NCBI GenBank assembly: GCA_964622505.1
Contig: CAZUQJ010000001.1
Location: 116,957 to 180,956 of the forward strand
DNA: 64,000 bases
From: an uncultured Candidatus Saccharibacteria bacterium
GTDB taxonomy: Bacteria > Patescibacteriota > Minisyncoccia > Phycocordibacterales > UBA9973
Direction: 5' to 3'
Part shown: in pieces, positions 56,313 through 64,000 of the stretch
Layout: every line of letters starts with the position of its first letter
How positions within the stretch are numbered: the first letter of the stretch is position 1
Notes under the pieces: generated by a model
What the model was told of the DNA's origin: nothing
Database searches by the model: none
What the model saw: only the letters and a program-made list of their open reading frames with translations
Made by a program: the position numbers and the translations under genes

Positions 56313-57140
56313 TTAGATTATTTTACCAAGAAGGAATGCTTCGGAATCCTTTTTGCTGCAATCATGAGCAAACACTATTAGGCAATCCTCTGGTGCAAAG
56401 ATACTCTTGTCTCCGTCTACTCCGATCAGAGTATTTTTATAAATAGGCTCAAAATCATAAAATTTCCTTGCAAGAGTAAATTTATCTGTCTCTGACTTAT
56501 GCAGATAATCCATTTTTACATATTCGCGTATATTTTTACGACGAAATGAAATTGAACGATAATTTATATGACCTCTTGATTTAAGAAATACACAGATTGA
56601 TTTCCTCGCAATTTCAACCGACATGTGGTCGTTATGTTGTCCACACTCTATACAAATGCCGATTTTCCCCTTCGATAGCATGTATCCATCCGAAGCGCCC
56701 GGTTCGAGTGCGTCGAAACCATACACAATCCTCTCAAATACACCTGGGAAATTTTCAACAATACTTTGAGCATTGTCTTCACAAATAATAAATGGTTTGC
56801 TCGGGTTGAGAGTAGAATGAATATCCAGTAGTGCATCTCCTTCGTCAAAAATAGCTTTGATTTCCTGAGCTCTTTTGTATTCATATGTTTCCTTGATCTC
56901 ATTTGAATACAATGCTGTGTCAGAGAATAGTCGATTCAAGTTGTACTCGATAAATCTTTTGTTTTCTTGAATAGCTTTGACATTACCTAAAAGAAAGATA
57001 ACTGTACCTGATTGAATAGTAAGATGCGGTATCAATTGCTCGAAAGCATTAATACCACAAATTTCGTTGCCATGATTGCCTGCCATTACAATACTTGTTG
57101 GACCAGGTCTTTTTCCGATTAAAATGATTTTTTCTTTCAT
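56313..57140 (-). CDS. Succinylglutamate desuccinylase / aspartoacylase (AstE/AspA) family zinc hydrolase
   Basis: VMAGNHGNEICG and DIHSTLNP motifs; 275 aa. Confidence 0.6.
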   Translation of the reverse strand: MKEKIILIGKRPGPTSIVMAGNHGNEICGINAFEQLIPHLTIQSGTVIFLLGNVKAIQENKRFIEYNLNRLFSDTALYSNEIKETYEYKRAQEIKAIFDEGDALLDIHSTLNPSKPFIICEDNAQSIVENFPGVFERIVYGFDALEPGASDGYMLSKGKIGICIECGQHNDHMSVEIARKSICVFLKSRGHINYRSISFRRKNIREYVKMDYLHKSETDKFTLARKFYDFEPIYKNTLIGVDGDKSIFAPEDCLIVFAHDCSKKDSEAFLLGKII

Positions 57141-57374
57141 TTTGTTTGATATTTAATTATTAAAGAACAAAAAAAACGACCATTTGAGGTCGCTTTTGAA
57201 AATTCGTATTTGAATTTTAGGAGATTTAATTTATTACACAAATACTCTCAAGCGCCCTCAAATTGTGAGTCGCTCGTCGTCGATTACTTATTTGTATTTG
57301 TGCATGAATATGATTCATAATATGTTTATAACACTTGCCAAAATGCAAGTCAAATGGTCTATTGTGGATAACTT

Positions 57375-57623
57375 TTATTTCGCTAATTTTAGCTTTAGTT
57401 GTTTTTCAAATGCTGCATAGATTATAGCCAATTTATCTTCTACTTTATCGAGTCGGCGTTCGTGATTTACCTCTATTTTACTGAGTCTGAAATCAATTTT
57501 TTCTAATTTTTCATCCAACATTTTTATGTCATCTTTTGTAGCTGTATTTTCAAAACCGTTAGCTACCATTATAGCTAAGTCGTCTATTGTCATTTTCTTC
57601 GATTTTTCGGTCACTTTTTTCAT
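57375..57623 (-). CDS. Small coiled-coil hypothetical protein
   Basis: 82 aa, charged and helical. Followed on the minus strand by a cgacc-tcaaat-ggtcg hairpin and a U-run near 57170-57200. Confidence 0.35.
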   Translation of the reverse strand: MKKVTEKSKKMTIDDLAIMVANGFENTATKDDIKMLDEKLEKIDFRLSKIEVNHERRLDKVEDKLAIIYAAFEKQLKLKLAK

Positions 57624-57749
57624 AGATCTAATTATACTACAACCAAATTTCTATGCAAATTCCTAGCCCTAAGTCCGACTTAGGGCTACTCCCTGAAGTT
57701 AGAAATAAAAAAGACCGAAGCCTTTTTTACAAAACCTGCGGTCTTTAAA

Positions 57750-58118
57750 TCAATATCCTCGTACACGGAGGAATACTTTAATAGTTTCCTCTAGCGAAGT
57801 TTCAAAAATTTTTTCATAATAAGCCCAGTAATGTCCACCAACATACAGAAAAGTGAGTGGTTGCCTCCTGTCACAAACATAGCAGTATACCTGAACACGT
57901 TCTATTGAAAGATGAACACTCATTTTGTAAGAATCATCTTTCTTTAGTAAGTATAGGATTTCCTCACTTTGTCCAGTTTTACGCAGGCTATCGAGGCTCA
58001 TAGTTCCTAAAAATTTTTTTACTACTGTATCACAATTCATGGAATCAAGATCAGAATCTTGCGCGAAGCACAACGGGGTGGCAAAAGCCAAGGTCAGGAT
58101 AAACAATAATCTTTTCAT
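57750..58118 (-). CDS. Small secreted hypothetical protein
   Basis: Signal peptide MKRLLFILTLAFATPLCFA; 122 aa. Confidence 0.4.
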   Translation of the reverse strand: MKRLLFILTLAFATPLCFAQDSDLDSMNCDTVVKKFLGTMSLDSLRKTGQSEEILYLLKKDDSYKMSVHLSIERVQVYCYVCDRRQPLTFLYVGGHYWAYYEKIFETSLEETIKVFLRVRGY

Positions 58119-58212
58119 TTTTTATGTTATTTTAAATACATAATAACACATTTATATGTATCCTGTCAAACAACAAAAAAAATCCCCCACTCGAGGGCTT
58201 TTTTTGTTTCTT

Positions 58213-58962
58213 TTATTTAGTATTTTTTTGGTACTGTCTTTCTCTTAGGAATATATAGATCAACAGCATGAGGATGATTACGAAGAGTATCCAGATAATT
58301 GAAATATTTGAAATACTCATACCTGCAGATGCTACTTGGCTGTTTGCTTCTACCTCTTCGGTTGCAGTTTTCCCATCTAGAGTTGTCTTGCTACCATTTG
58401 ATCCTGTTTCTAACTTTGAACCAGCTGTGACAGTTGGTCCAGTTAGTATTTTGGATCCAACCAGATTCCTACCACCTGTATAGCTACCACTTGTTGCAGT
58501 ATAGTTATTGATCGTGTAAGTACCAGCTGTGGAATCATCTGAGATAGACTTCCCTTCGCCGATACTATCTACATTCGTAAAAGTAATAGTTGCATCTCCT
58601 GTCGCAATACCTTTTACTGTCATACTGAAAAGCACTGTGTCTTTATTTGTACCTGTTGGTATACCAATCAGGAAGTATGGCTTTGCACAAGTTGGAGTAG
58701 ATTGTGCCATCATTCCATCGGCAACGGTAATCTTTTCACAGGCGAGGTTTTTAAAATTAATCGTACCTTCTACTGCATAAACTTTGTTTTCAGAAGCACT
58801 AACAGAAGTATTTACCACAAAACTTTCATTAACATTTTTAGTCAATCCTGTTGGTGATACATATACTTGTGGCACAGTTGCAGCCAACACAGATGATGCA
58901 AATCCGATAAATACTAAAACTGCAAACACTTGGAATACTTTTTTTGTTATATTGTTTTTCAT
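58213..58962 (-). CDS. Membrane-anchored surface protein with a putative cohesin-like beta-sandwich module
   Basis: Signal peptide; a roughly 130-aa beta-rich module (…VYAVEGTINFKNLACEKITV…LFSMTVKGIATGDATITFTNV…); a Thr/Gly/Ser linker; C-terminal TM segment and basic tail. Confidence 0.4.
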   Translation of the reverse strand: MKNNITKKVFQVFAVLVFIGFASSVLAATVPQVYVSPTGLTKNVNESFVVNTSVSASENKVYAVEGTINFKNLACEKITVADGMMAQSTPTCAKPYFLIGIPTGTNKDTVLFSMTVKGIATGDATITFTNVDSIGEGKSISDDSTAGTYTINNYTATSGSYTGGRNLVGSKILTGPTVTAGSKLETGSNGSKTTLDGKTATEEVEANSQVASAGMSISNISIIWILFVIILMLLIYIFLRERQYQKNTK

Positions 58963-58972
58963 ATATTTTTAA

Positions 58973-61552
58973 TTATCTTTTAACTTCACCATAGCCCCAA
59001 TTCGACATTAATAAAGCGAAATCGTATTTATTTACTAATCCATCCACAGTCAAGTCGGCCTTTTCATTCGTTACTTTCAATCCCCAAGGCACCATCATCA
59101 AGGCAAAGTCGTATTTGTTTACTTTCCCATCACAGTTGATGTCACCAAGTATAGTACATTTTGGAGTTGGATCTCCTCCTCCTCCACCACCCCCGCCGCC
59201 TCCACCGGATGATTCTTGCTTTGAGATTGTAATGATGTTACTTACTGCACTCATGTTGCCAAATTTATCTATTTGCACCACACCAAATTTAAATGGAATG
59301 AAAGCTTCTCCTTCGGAAACGAGCGGGATTGTCGTAGTGAAAGTTCCTTCCAATCTACAAGGTGTATCTTGAGTAAAATTACTTCCTATTTTATTTAGAA
59401 TACTATCTGGTTCTGTGCCACCTAATATTTCATATGTGAAATTAAGGTGATCTGATTCTATATCACAAGTTCCAGAAACAGCTAATGTGGAACTACCGGT
59501 GTAAGGTCCCGATGTAGGACTTGTAATTATAGGTGCATCTGGAGCTATAGAGTCAATGACAAAAACAAAAGTTTTGTCTCCAAAAATAATCTCATTACCA
59601 GCTTTGTCTTTACTGATGATCATTACTCGATAACTACTATCTTTAAGATTAAGTTCAGATAAATCAAAGTGTATAGGCTCGTAAATATCAAATTTTTTAG
59701 AGTATCCTATTGTTCGGTAGTCAGTTATATTACTAGTATCTTGATGCATATCCCAAAAGATAATTTCTGATTCAAGAAGATTATCATCAATCGCATGACT
59801 AACAATAACGATATTTCCATCACTAGCTTTTTCATACGTCATGAACTCAAAGTTAACATCTGCTGTGGCTCCATTATGGAAGTAAGTATATTCTAGTTTT
59901 GGTGCTTGAGTGTCGATAATTACAGTAATATCAGGAGATTGGGAATAATTTTCATCAATATTTGCCTCAGCATAAATTTGATACACCCCATCAGGTAATG
60001 AATTAGTAGCATTCTCCACAGTCCAGTTTCCAAACTCATCTGAAGTTGTTGTGCCTATTAATGTTGAAGTTATTCCACAAGGTAATCCGGGTGTAGTAGT
60101 AATGCATGGAACCATCATTGGCACCACAAACACTTGAACTTCAGTATTGGGATAAGTTGTTCCAGAAAAAGAAGGAGTATTATCTTTTGTGATAAAATCA
60201 GTGTCTGAAATTCCTGTATCTTGTGACATTTCTGTAATAGATACTAATGGTTTAATAGAAACATAAATTTCTTTAGTTAAACTGATGCCTTTTTCATAAT
60301 CTCCACATTGCATAGCGATCATGAGAGTATCTGTATATGTGGGCGTTGTTGTCTCCCATAAGTATAGACCAGCAATAACTTTTTCAGACCCAGAAGTTAC
60401 TTTTTGTCCGGTAGTTAATTCAACACCATCCGTATTATGTACAAAATTACCATAAAAATTACAGAATTTTAAATTACTTTCCCAGGTTACATCCATAATA
60501 GATTTGTAATCAACAGGGCTTGGCATGGTTGAACCATTGATTTTAAAATTCATATAGTACTCATCTGTACTTTGAATTGTAAGCTTGAAATCTAGAGTAG
60601 GATTTACACACATGTCGTTTATTACTTCACAAGCAACAAACACATACTCTCCCGGAGTAAGAGCGCCTGTTGTTGTATTAAATGGAGCCTCTATCTGCCA
60701 TTTTCCATCTTCATCAGATGTAGTAGATCCGTAAATAGCTGTAAAAGTACTCACACCGTCTTTGATTACTTCATGATCAAACTTTTCATATATTTGCACT
60801 TTAGTATTTGGAGTAAAGGTACCGTAGAAACCTGGAGTAGTATCATTTGTTGATTGTGCGCCTGTAATTTGGTCTAGAGCACTAAAATTAGTTAATAGAG
60901 ATATATATTTTGGTTGAGAGCTTGGAAATACCCGAAAAACACTTGGAGTAAAAGCGGTAAAATCTTCGGTTTCGTCAGTACTCTTCCACGTTACTTTTAA
61001 ATAGTAATGTCCTGGAAGTACAAAATTTTCTGGAGAAATATTTGGATAAACTTGTATGATATTAATTTGTCCATTAGAAGAAGTAGGATCATTTAGACAT
61101 GACAGAGTACCATCCTCATTTAAGGATTCTGTTGTAGCTTCTTGTACTACAGAAATACACGCAGTACCGGTCTTTGTGGAGTTGATTGTTACCTGAGGGT
61201 TAAAGTTACTACCTAGAGTAAATGTTTCGCCTCCAGTAGGATATCTAATATCTATTGTCGGTGGTACAACGATTACTGGTGTAGCTGAAATCTGAATTTC
61301 ATTTGAAATTTCTATCTGAGGTTCGATTTCTATTTCTGTAACTATAGGTTCTTCTAGTGTAATTTCATTAGTAGAAAGTTCTACTTCCGGTTGAATTTCT
61401 TCTGGAACTAGCTCAACCTCTAATTGTGTCTCAGTTTGTATTTGAGTTTCTGTTTCGAGATTTAGAGTCACTTCCTCAGCCCATACGTTTATGGCCGGAG
61501 CAAACATGGTTGTCACTAGCATCACTATCAGTACTAGGTTAATTTTTTTCAT
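58973..61552 (-). CDS. Large secreted protein (859 aa) with an acidic N-terminal repeat region, a beta-rich body, a G13 linker and a C-terminal dockerin (two Ca-binding repeat segments)
   Basis: Signal peptide; C-terminal GGGGGGGGGGGGG, then GDINCDGKVNKYDFALMM and DLTVDGLVNKYDFALLMSNWG dockerin repeats. Confidence 0.7.
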   Translation of the reverse strand: MKKINLVLIVMLVTTMFAPAINVWAEEVTLNLETETQIQTETQLEVELVPEEIQPEVELSTNEITLEEPIVTEIEIEPQIEISNEIQISATPVIVVPPTIDIRYPTGGETFTLGSNFNPQVTINSTKTGTACISVVQEATTESLNEDGTLSCLNDPTSSNGQINIIQVYPNISPENFVLPGHYYLKVTWKSTDETEDFTAFTPSVFRVFPSSQPKYISLLTNFSALDQITGAQSTNDTTPGFYGTFTPNTKVQIYEKFDHEVIKDGVSTFTAIYGSTTSDEDGKWQIEAPFNTTTGALTPGEYVFVACEVINDMCVNPTLDFKLTIQSTDEYYMNFKINGSTMPSPVDYKSIMDVTWESNLKFCNFYGNFVHNTDGVELTTGQKVTSGSEKVIAGLYLWETTTPTYTDTLMIAMQCGDYEKGISLTKEIYVSIKPLVSITEMSQDTGISDTDFITKDNTPSFSGTTYPNTEVQVFVVPMMVPCITTTPGLPCGITSTLIGTTTSDEFGNWTVENATNSLPDGVYQIYAEANIDENYSQSPDITVIIDTQAPKLEYTYFHNGATADVNFEFMTYEKASDGNIVIVSHAIDDNLLESEIIFWDMHQDTSNITDYRTIGYSKKFDIYEPIHFDLSELNLKDSSYRVMIISKDKAGNEIIFGDKTFVFVIDSIAPDAPIITSPTSGPYTGSSTLAVSGTCDIESDHLNFTYEILGGTEPDSILNKIGSNFTQDTPCRLEGTFTTTIPLVSEGEAFIPFKFGVVQIDKFGNMSAVSNIITISKQESSGGGGGGGGGGGDPTPKCTILGDINCDGKVNKYDFALMMVPWGLKVTNEKADLTVDGLVNKYDFALLMSNWGYGEVKR

Positions 61553-61572
61553 ATAAAATAAGGTTATAAGTT

Positions 61573-61602
61573 AAAAAAGCCCTATATGAGCTTCATAGGG
61601 CT
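61573..61602 (-). terminator. Intrinsic terminator of the deoxyhypusine-synthase-like gene
   Basis: agccctat-(9 nt)-atagggct hairpin with a U-run on the minus strand. Confidence 0.6.
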
Positions 61603-61631
61603 ATCTTAGCATATTATTGACATATTGTCAA
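61603..61631 (-). promoter_or_regulatory. Candidate sigma70 promoter for the dockerin gene (TTGACA, 17 nt, TAAGAT, minus strand). The -35 element is part of the palindrome TTGACAtattGTCAA.
   Basis: Read directly from the sequence on the minus strand. Confidence 0.4.
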
Positions 61632-61658
61632 GTATATAGTTTTGTATTGAATTTTACT

Positions 61659-62678
61659 CTAGTTAGTATATTTAGCTATCAATTTATTGGCTTCTTCGGG
61701 ATTTGCTTTACATTCAAGAAGTGCGCTCATGATCAGTGGGGCTACAATGGTTGCGTCGGATTCGATGACAAACATTGGGGTGTCTTGAGTTAGCTTGTCC
61801 CATGTAATCTTCTCATTTGGTGTTGCTCCAGAGTATGAACCGTAGGAAGTGGTAGAGTCCGAGATCTGGCAGAAGTATGCCCAAGGTTTGGCAGGTAGTT
61901 CCATATCGTATTTGAGTGATGGCACCACACAGATTGGGAAATCTCCGGCAATACCTCCACCAATTTGGAAAAATCCAATCCCCTCTCCTTCGGAAAGTTT
62001 ACTGTATTGATCGTAGAGTTCGCCCATGTACTCTACACCGCTTTTTGCGATAGAGGCACTGGCATCGCCGTGCTTTACATGTGAAGCAAAGATATTACCA
62101 AAAGTGGAATCTTCGTATCCAGGTACAACTATTGGAATATTGTTTTGTGCTGCTGCAAGAAGCCAGCATTCGTCTGCGTTACCCTCATGTTTATCTTTCT
62201 CGATCATTTGGATCAAGTCATAGAAATATTCATGCCAAAAGCGACGTGTACCATTCTTGGTCGCCTCTTCCCACATTGGAACAATATGCTTCTCTACTGC
62301 ACGAAATGCTTCGTCTTCTGGAATACTTGTGTCTGTGACACGGCGCATACGATCCTCTAGGATCTTTGTGTCATCTTCTTTTGTAAAATATCGGTAATCT
62401 GGGAAATCTTTATAAGAATTGTGTGCTACAAGTCGAAAGAGCGACTCTTCCAAGTTGGCACCGGTCACTGACATGCCGTGGATGAGGCCTGCGCGAATAG
62501 CCGGTGTAAGTGTAATACCAAGCTGGGCGCTAGACATAGCTCCAGCTACTGCCCAGAACATCTTGCCACCCTTTTCTGTATGGCGCCAATAAGCAATCAA
62601 GGCATCACGAGTAGCTCGAGCGTTGAAGTTCTTGTAATTCTTAAGTATAAATTCTAATGTAGGTAAATTGTTTTGCAT
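61659..62678 (-). CDS. Deoxyhypusine synthase-like protein (probable homospermidine synthase)
   Basis: DHS-family segments …GGKMFWAVAGAMSSAQLG… and VTGANLEES (compare TAGGVEED); 339 aa. Confidence 0.7.
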   Translation of the reverse strand: MQNNLPTLEFILKNYKNFNARATRDALIAYWRHTEKGGKMFWAVAGAMSSAQLGITLTPAIRAGLIHGMSVTGANLEESLFRLVAHNSYKDFPDYRYFTKEDDTKILEDRMRRVTDTSIPEDEAFRAVEKHIVPMWEEATKNGTRRFWHEYFYDLIQMIEKDKHEGNADECWLLAAAQNNIPIVVPGYEDSTFGNIFASHVKHGDASASIAKSGVEYMGELYDQYSKLSEGEGIGFFQIGGGIAGDFPICVVPSLKYDMELPAKPWAYFCQISDSTTSYGSYSGATPNEKITWDKLTQDTPMFVIESDATIVAPLIMSALLECKANPEEANKLIAKYTN

Positions 62679-62701
62679 AATATTATTTTAACATTTATTA
62701 A

Positions 62702-63991
62702 TTACCAGCCAAAGTTCTTGCCCACTTCATCGGCGGTTTCTCTTTTCCGAGCCACCACAATATGTCCATTTTCCGCAACTATCTTTAATGGCGAGGACAG
62801 CATGCAGTGATGTGCAGCGAGCGGATCCTGGTACGCCCCTGTGTCCATAACTGCGATATACATTGGGTCAGTACTTCGATTCATGTCGTAGTCTGGCAAT
62901 GTGACGTATCCGTTTACTCCAGTATAGATATCGTCAGAGTCGCAAGACGATCCTGCTAGCCACACATCTTCGAGTTTGTCGTCATGCTTACTGTTTAGAG
63001 GTACCACAGACCATTTCTGGCCGATAGCCCAAGTATCGAGCAAGTCGTTCATAAAGCTACCGTCTATCACATACCATTTTTTTGCATCGGCTTTCTTGTT
63101 TGCAATCTTTTTTGTATCGATAATTTTAAATATAGTTATTTGTGCTGGTGCCACAATGTAGCGACCCCATTCGCAGATCAAGTTTGGGTGTGGCATGCCA
63201 CGCTTCTCACTCTCTTTCTTTACCAAGGTGAAAATTCTCTCCATCAACTTCTCTATTGGGTAGCTCTTGTTGCGAGTGTACGGGATTGGCATACCTCCCC
63301 CAATGTCGATAGTGTCGAGAGATGCATTTTTTTCTTTTACTTTGAAATAGACATCAAGTGCATACTTGATAGGCCCCAAAACATCGGACAATTTCTCAAT
63401 CTGTGAGCCTATATGGTAGTGCAAGATTTTCAAATTTTTAAAACTACCCATATCGATAATTTCTTTGGCCGAGAATCCAAAACGGTCAATCGGTTTGTTC
63501 CAATACGATGCTGCTTTTACTGGCATGTCTAGACGTATTCCCACATCATATTTGGAGTGTTGGAGGAATTTGAGTTCATTTGGCCCTTCGATCAATGGAA
63601 ATATCTTAACACCTTTGTGTTGCAAGTCGTCGATCAGGTTGATGTATTTGTCAGTCTTTGGACCAGAACACAGGATCCGGATATTTGGGTTAAAGGATTC
63701 CTGCTCGAGCATTCGTTTTACAAGCCAGAGGTCGTTGAAAGATGAAGTTTCCAAATGTGCACCCTCGCCTACAAGCGCCATAACAACTTCCTTGTTTTGA
63801 TTGACCTTCATTGGGTAGTGATACAGGAACTTGCCCTTGTAGCCCACCTTTTTAGATAGGTGCGTTGCAAGATCAAGGAAGTCCTCCAATCGTTCCTCAA
63901 TAATAAATGGGAAAAGAATTTCAAGCGAAGTACCCATCTTGTCAGCAAGATAGCGAATATTATAAATATTGTTCCCCTCCTTTACTACCAA
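62702..63991 (-). CDS. speA: PLP-dependent Orn/DAP/Arg decarboxylase-family enzyme, most likely biosynthetic arginine decarboxylase (SpeA-like). The N-terminus may lie beyond the window edge.
   Basis: HYPMKVN (YPxKxN PLP-lysine motif) and ICEWGRYIVAP (EPGR-like). The ORF runs to the window end. Confidence 0.65.
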   Translation of the reverse strand: MVVKEGNNIYNIRYLADKMGTSLEILFPFIIEERLEDFLDLATHLSKKVGYKGKFLYHYPMKVNQNKEVVMALVGEGAHLETSSFNDLWLVKRMLEQESFNPNIRILCSGPKTDKYINLIDDLQHKGVKIFPLIEGPNELKFLQHSKYDVGIRLDMPVKAASYWNKPIDRFGFSAKEIIDMGSFKNLKILHYHIGSQIEKLSDVLGPIKYALDVYFKVKEKNASLDTIDIGGGMPIPYTRNKSYPIEKLMERIFTLVKKESEKRGMPHPNLICEWGRYIVAPAQITIFKIIDTKKIANKKADAKKWYVIDGSFMNDLLDTWAIGQKWSVVPLNSKHDDKLEDVWLAGSSCDSDDIYTGVNGYVTLPDYDMNRSTDPMYIAVMDTGAYQDPLAAHHCMLSSPLKIVAENGHIVVARKRETADEVGKNFGW

Positions 63992-64000
63992 GTCACCGTC

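Noticed and set aside
57666-57690. Perfect 11-bp hairpin TAGCCCTAAGT-ccg-ACTTAGGGCTA as an intrinsic terminator
   Set aside because: It has no adjacent U-run on either strand. A separate weaker stem (AAAGACCG…CGGTCTTTTTT, minus strand, about 57700-57745) is the better terminator candidate for the upstream gene. The hairpin may instead be a 5'UTR element of the 82-aa gene, but the evidence is insufficient for a feature call.
59115-59372. 85-aa plus-strand ORF containing a poly-Pro run
   Set aside because: It is the antisense reading of the poly-Gly linker of the dockerin protein.
1-64000. CRISPR arrays, tRNA and rRNA genes
   Set aside because: Scanning intergenic spaces found no regularly spaced direct repeats, no cloverleaf-compatible 70-90-nt segments with GTTC/TTCGA T-loop signatures, and no rRNA-like conserved blocks. 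The longest ORF-free gaps (54650-55100, 57140-57375) contain only small ORFs, promoters and hairpins.

Overview
This is a 64-kb chromosomal segment from a low-GC (roughly 35-40%) bacterium with compact, mostly co-directional gene blocks. Genome organisation (many small or unknown proteins, extended -10 promoters abutting start codons) is consistent with a small-genome, possibly CPR/Patescibacteria-like organism; the taxon call is inference only. Housekeeping core: lexA, engB, a P-type cation ATPase, rsmI, two or three SpoU-family RNA methylases, ctpA-like S41 peptidase, rplI, rpmA and rplU; on the minus strand a block running gltX-murG-ftsW-mraY-scpB-scpA-HIT-aspS-trpS; then dnaB, recR, cysS, an orphan histidine kinase, and a polyamine set (agmatinase, deoxyhypusine-synthase-like, arginine-decarboxylase-like) at the right edge. 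Accessory and unusual content: (1) A 5-kb island at about 1.4-6.4 kb carrying an NYN-domain protein, a short GC-rich foreign fragment with a truncated VOC-family gene remnant, an MmeI-like type IIG restriction-modification enzyme, a zeta-toxin-like P-loop kinase and a small basic ORF, all ending at one terminator. (2) An AT-rich 848-aa orphan protein whose C-terminus has a caspase/CHAT-like His...Cys arrangement. (3) A two-gene AT-rich cassette of unknown function between trpS and dnaB, bracketed by an exact 15-bp direct repeat. (4) An adjacent pair of surface proteins, one with a putative cohesin-like module and membrane anchor, the other an 859-aa secreted protein ending in a poly-Gly linker and a two-segment dockerin. 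(5) A lexA operon with a textbook GAAC-N4-GTTC SOS box filling the promoter spacer and a small co-transcribed upstream ORF. No rRNA, tRNA or CRISPR array was recognised. Coordinates of hand-derived DNA features may be off by 1-2 nt.
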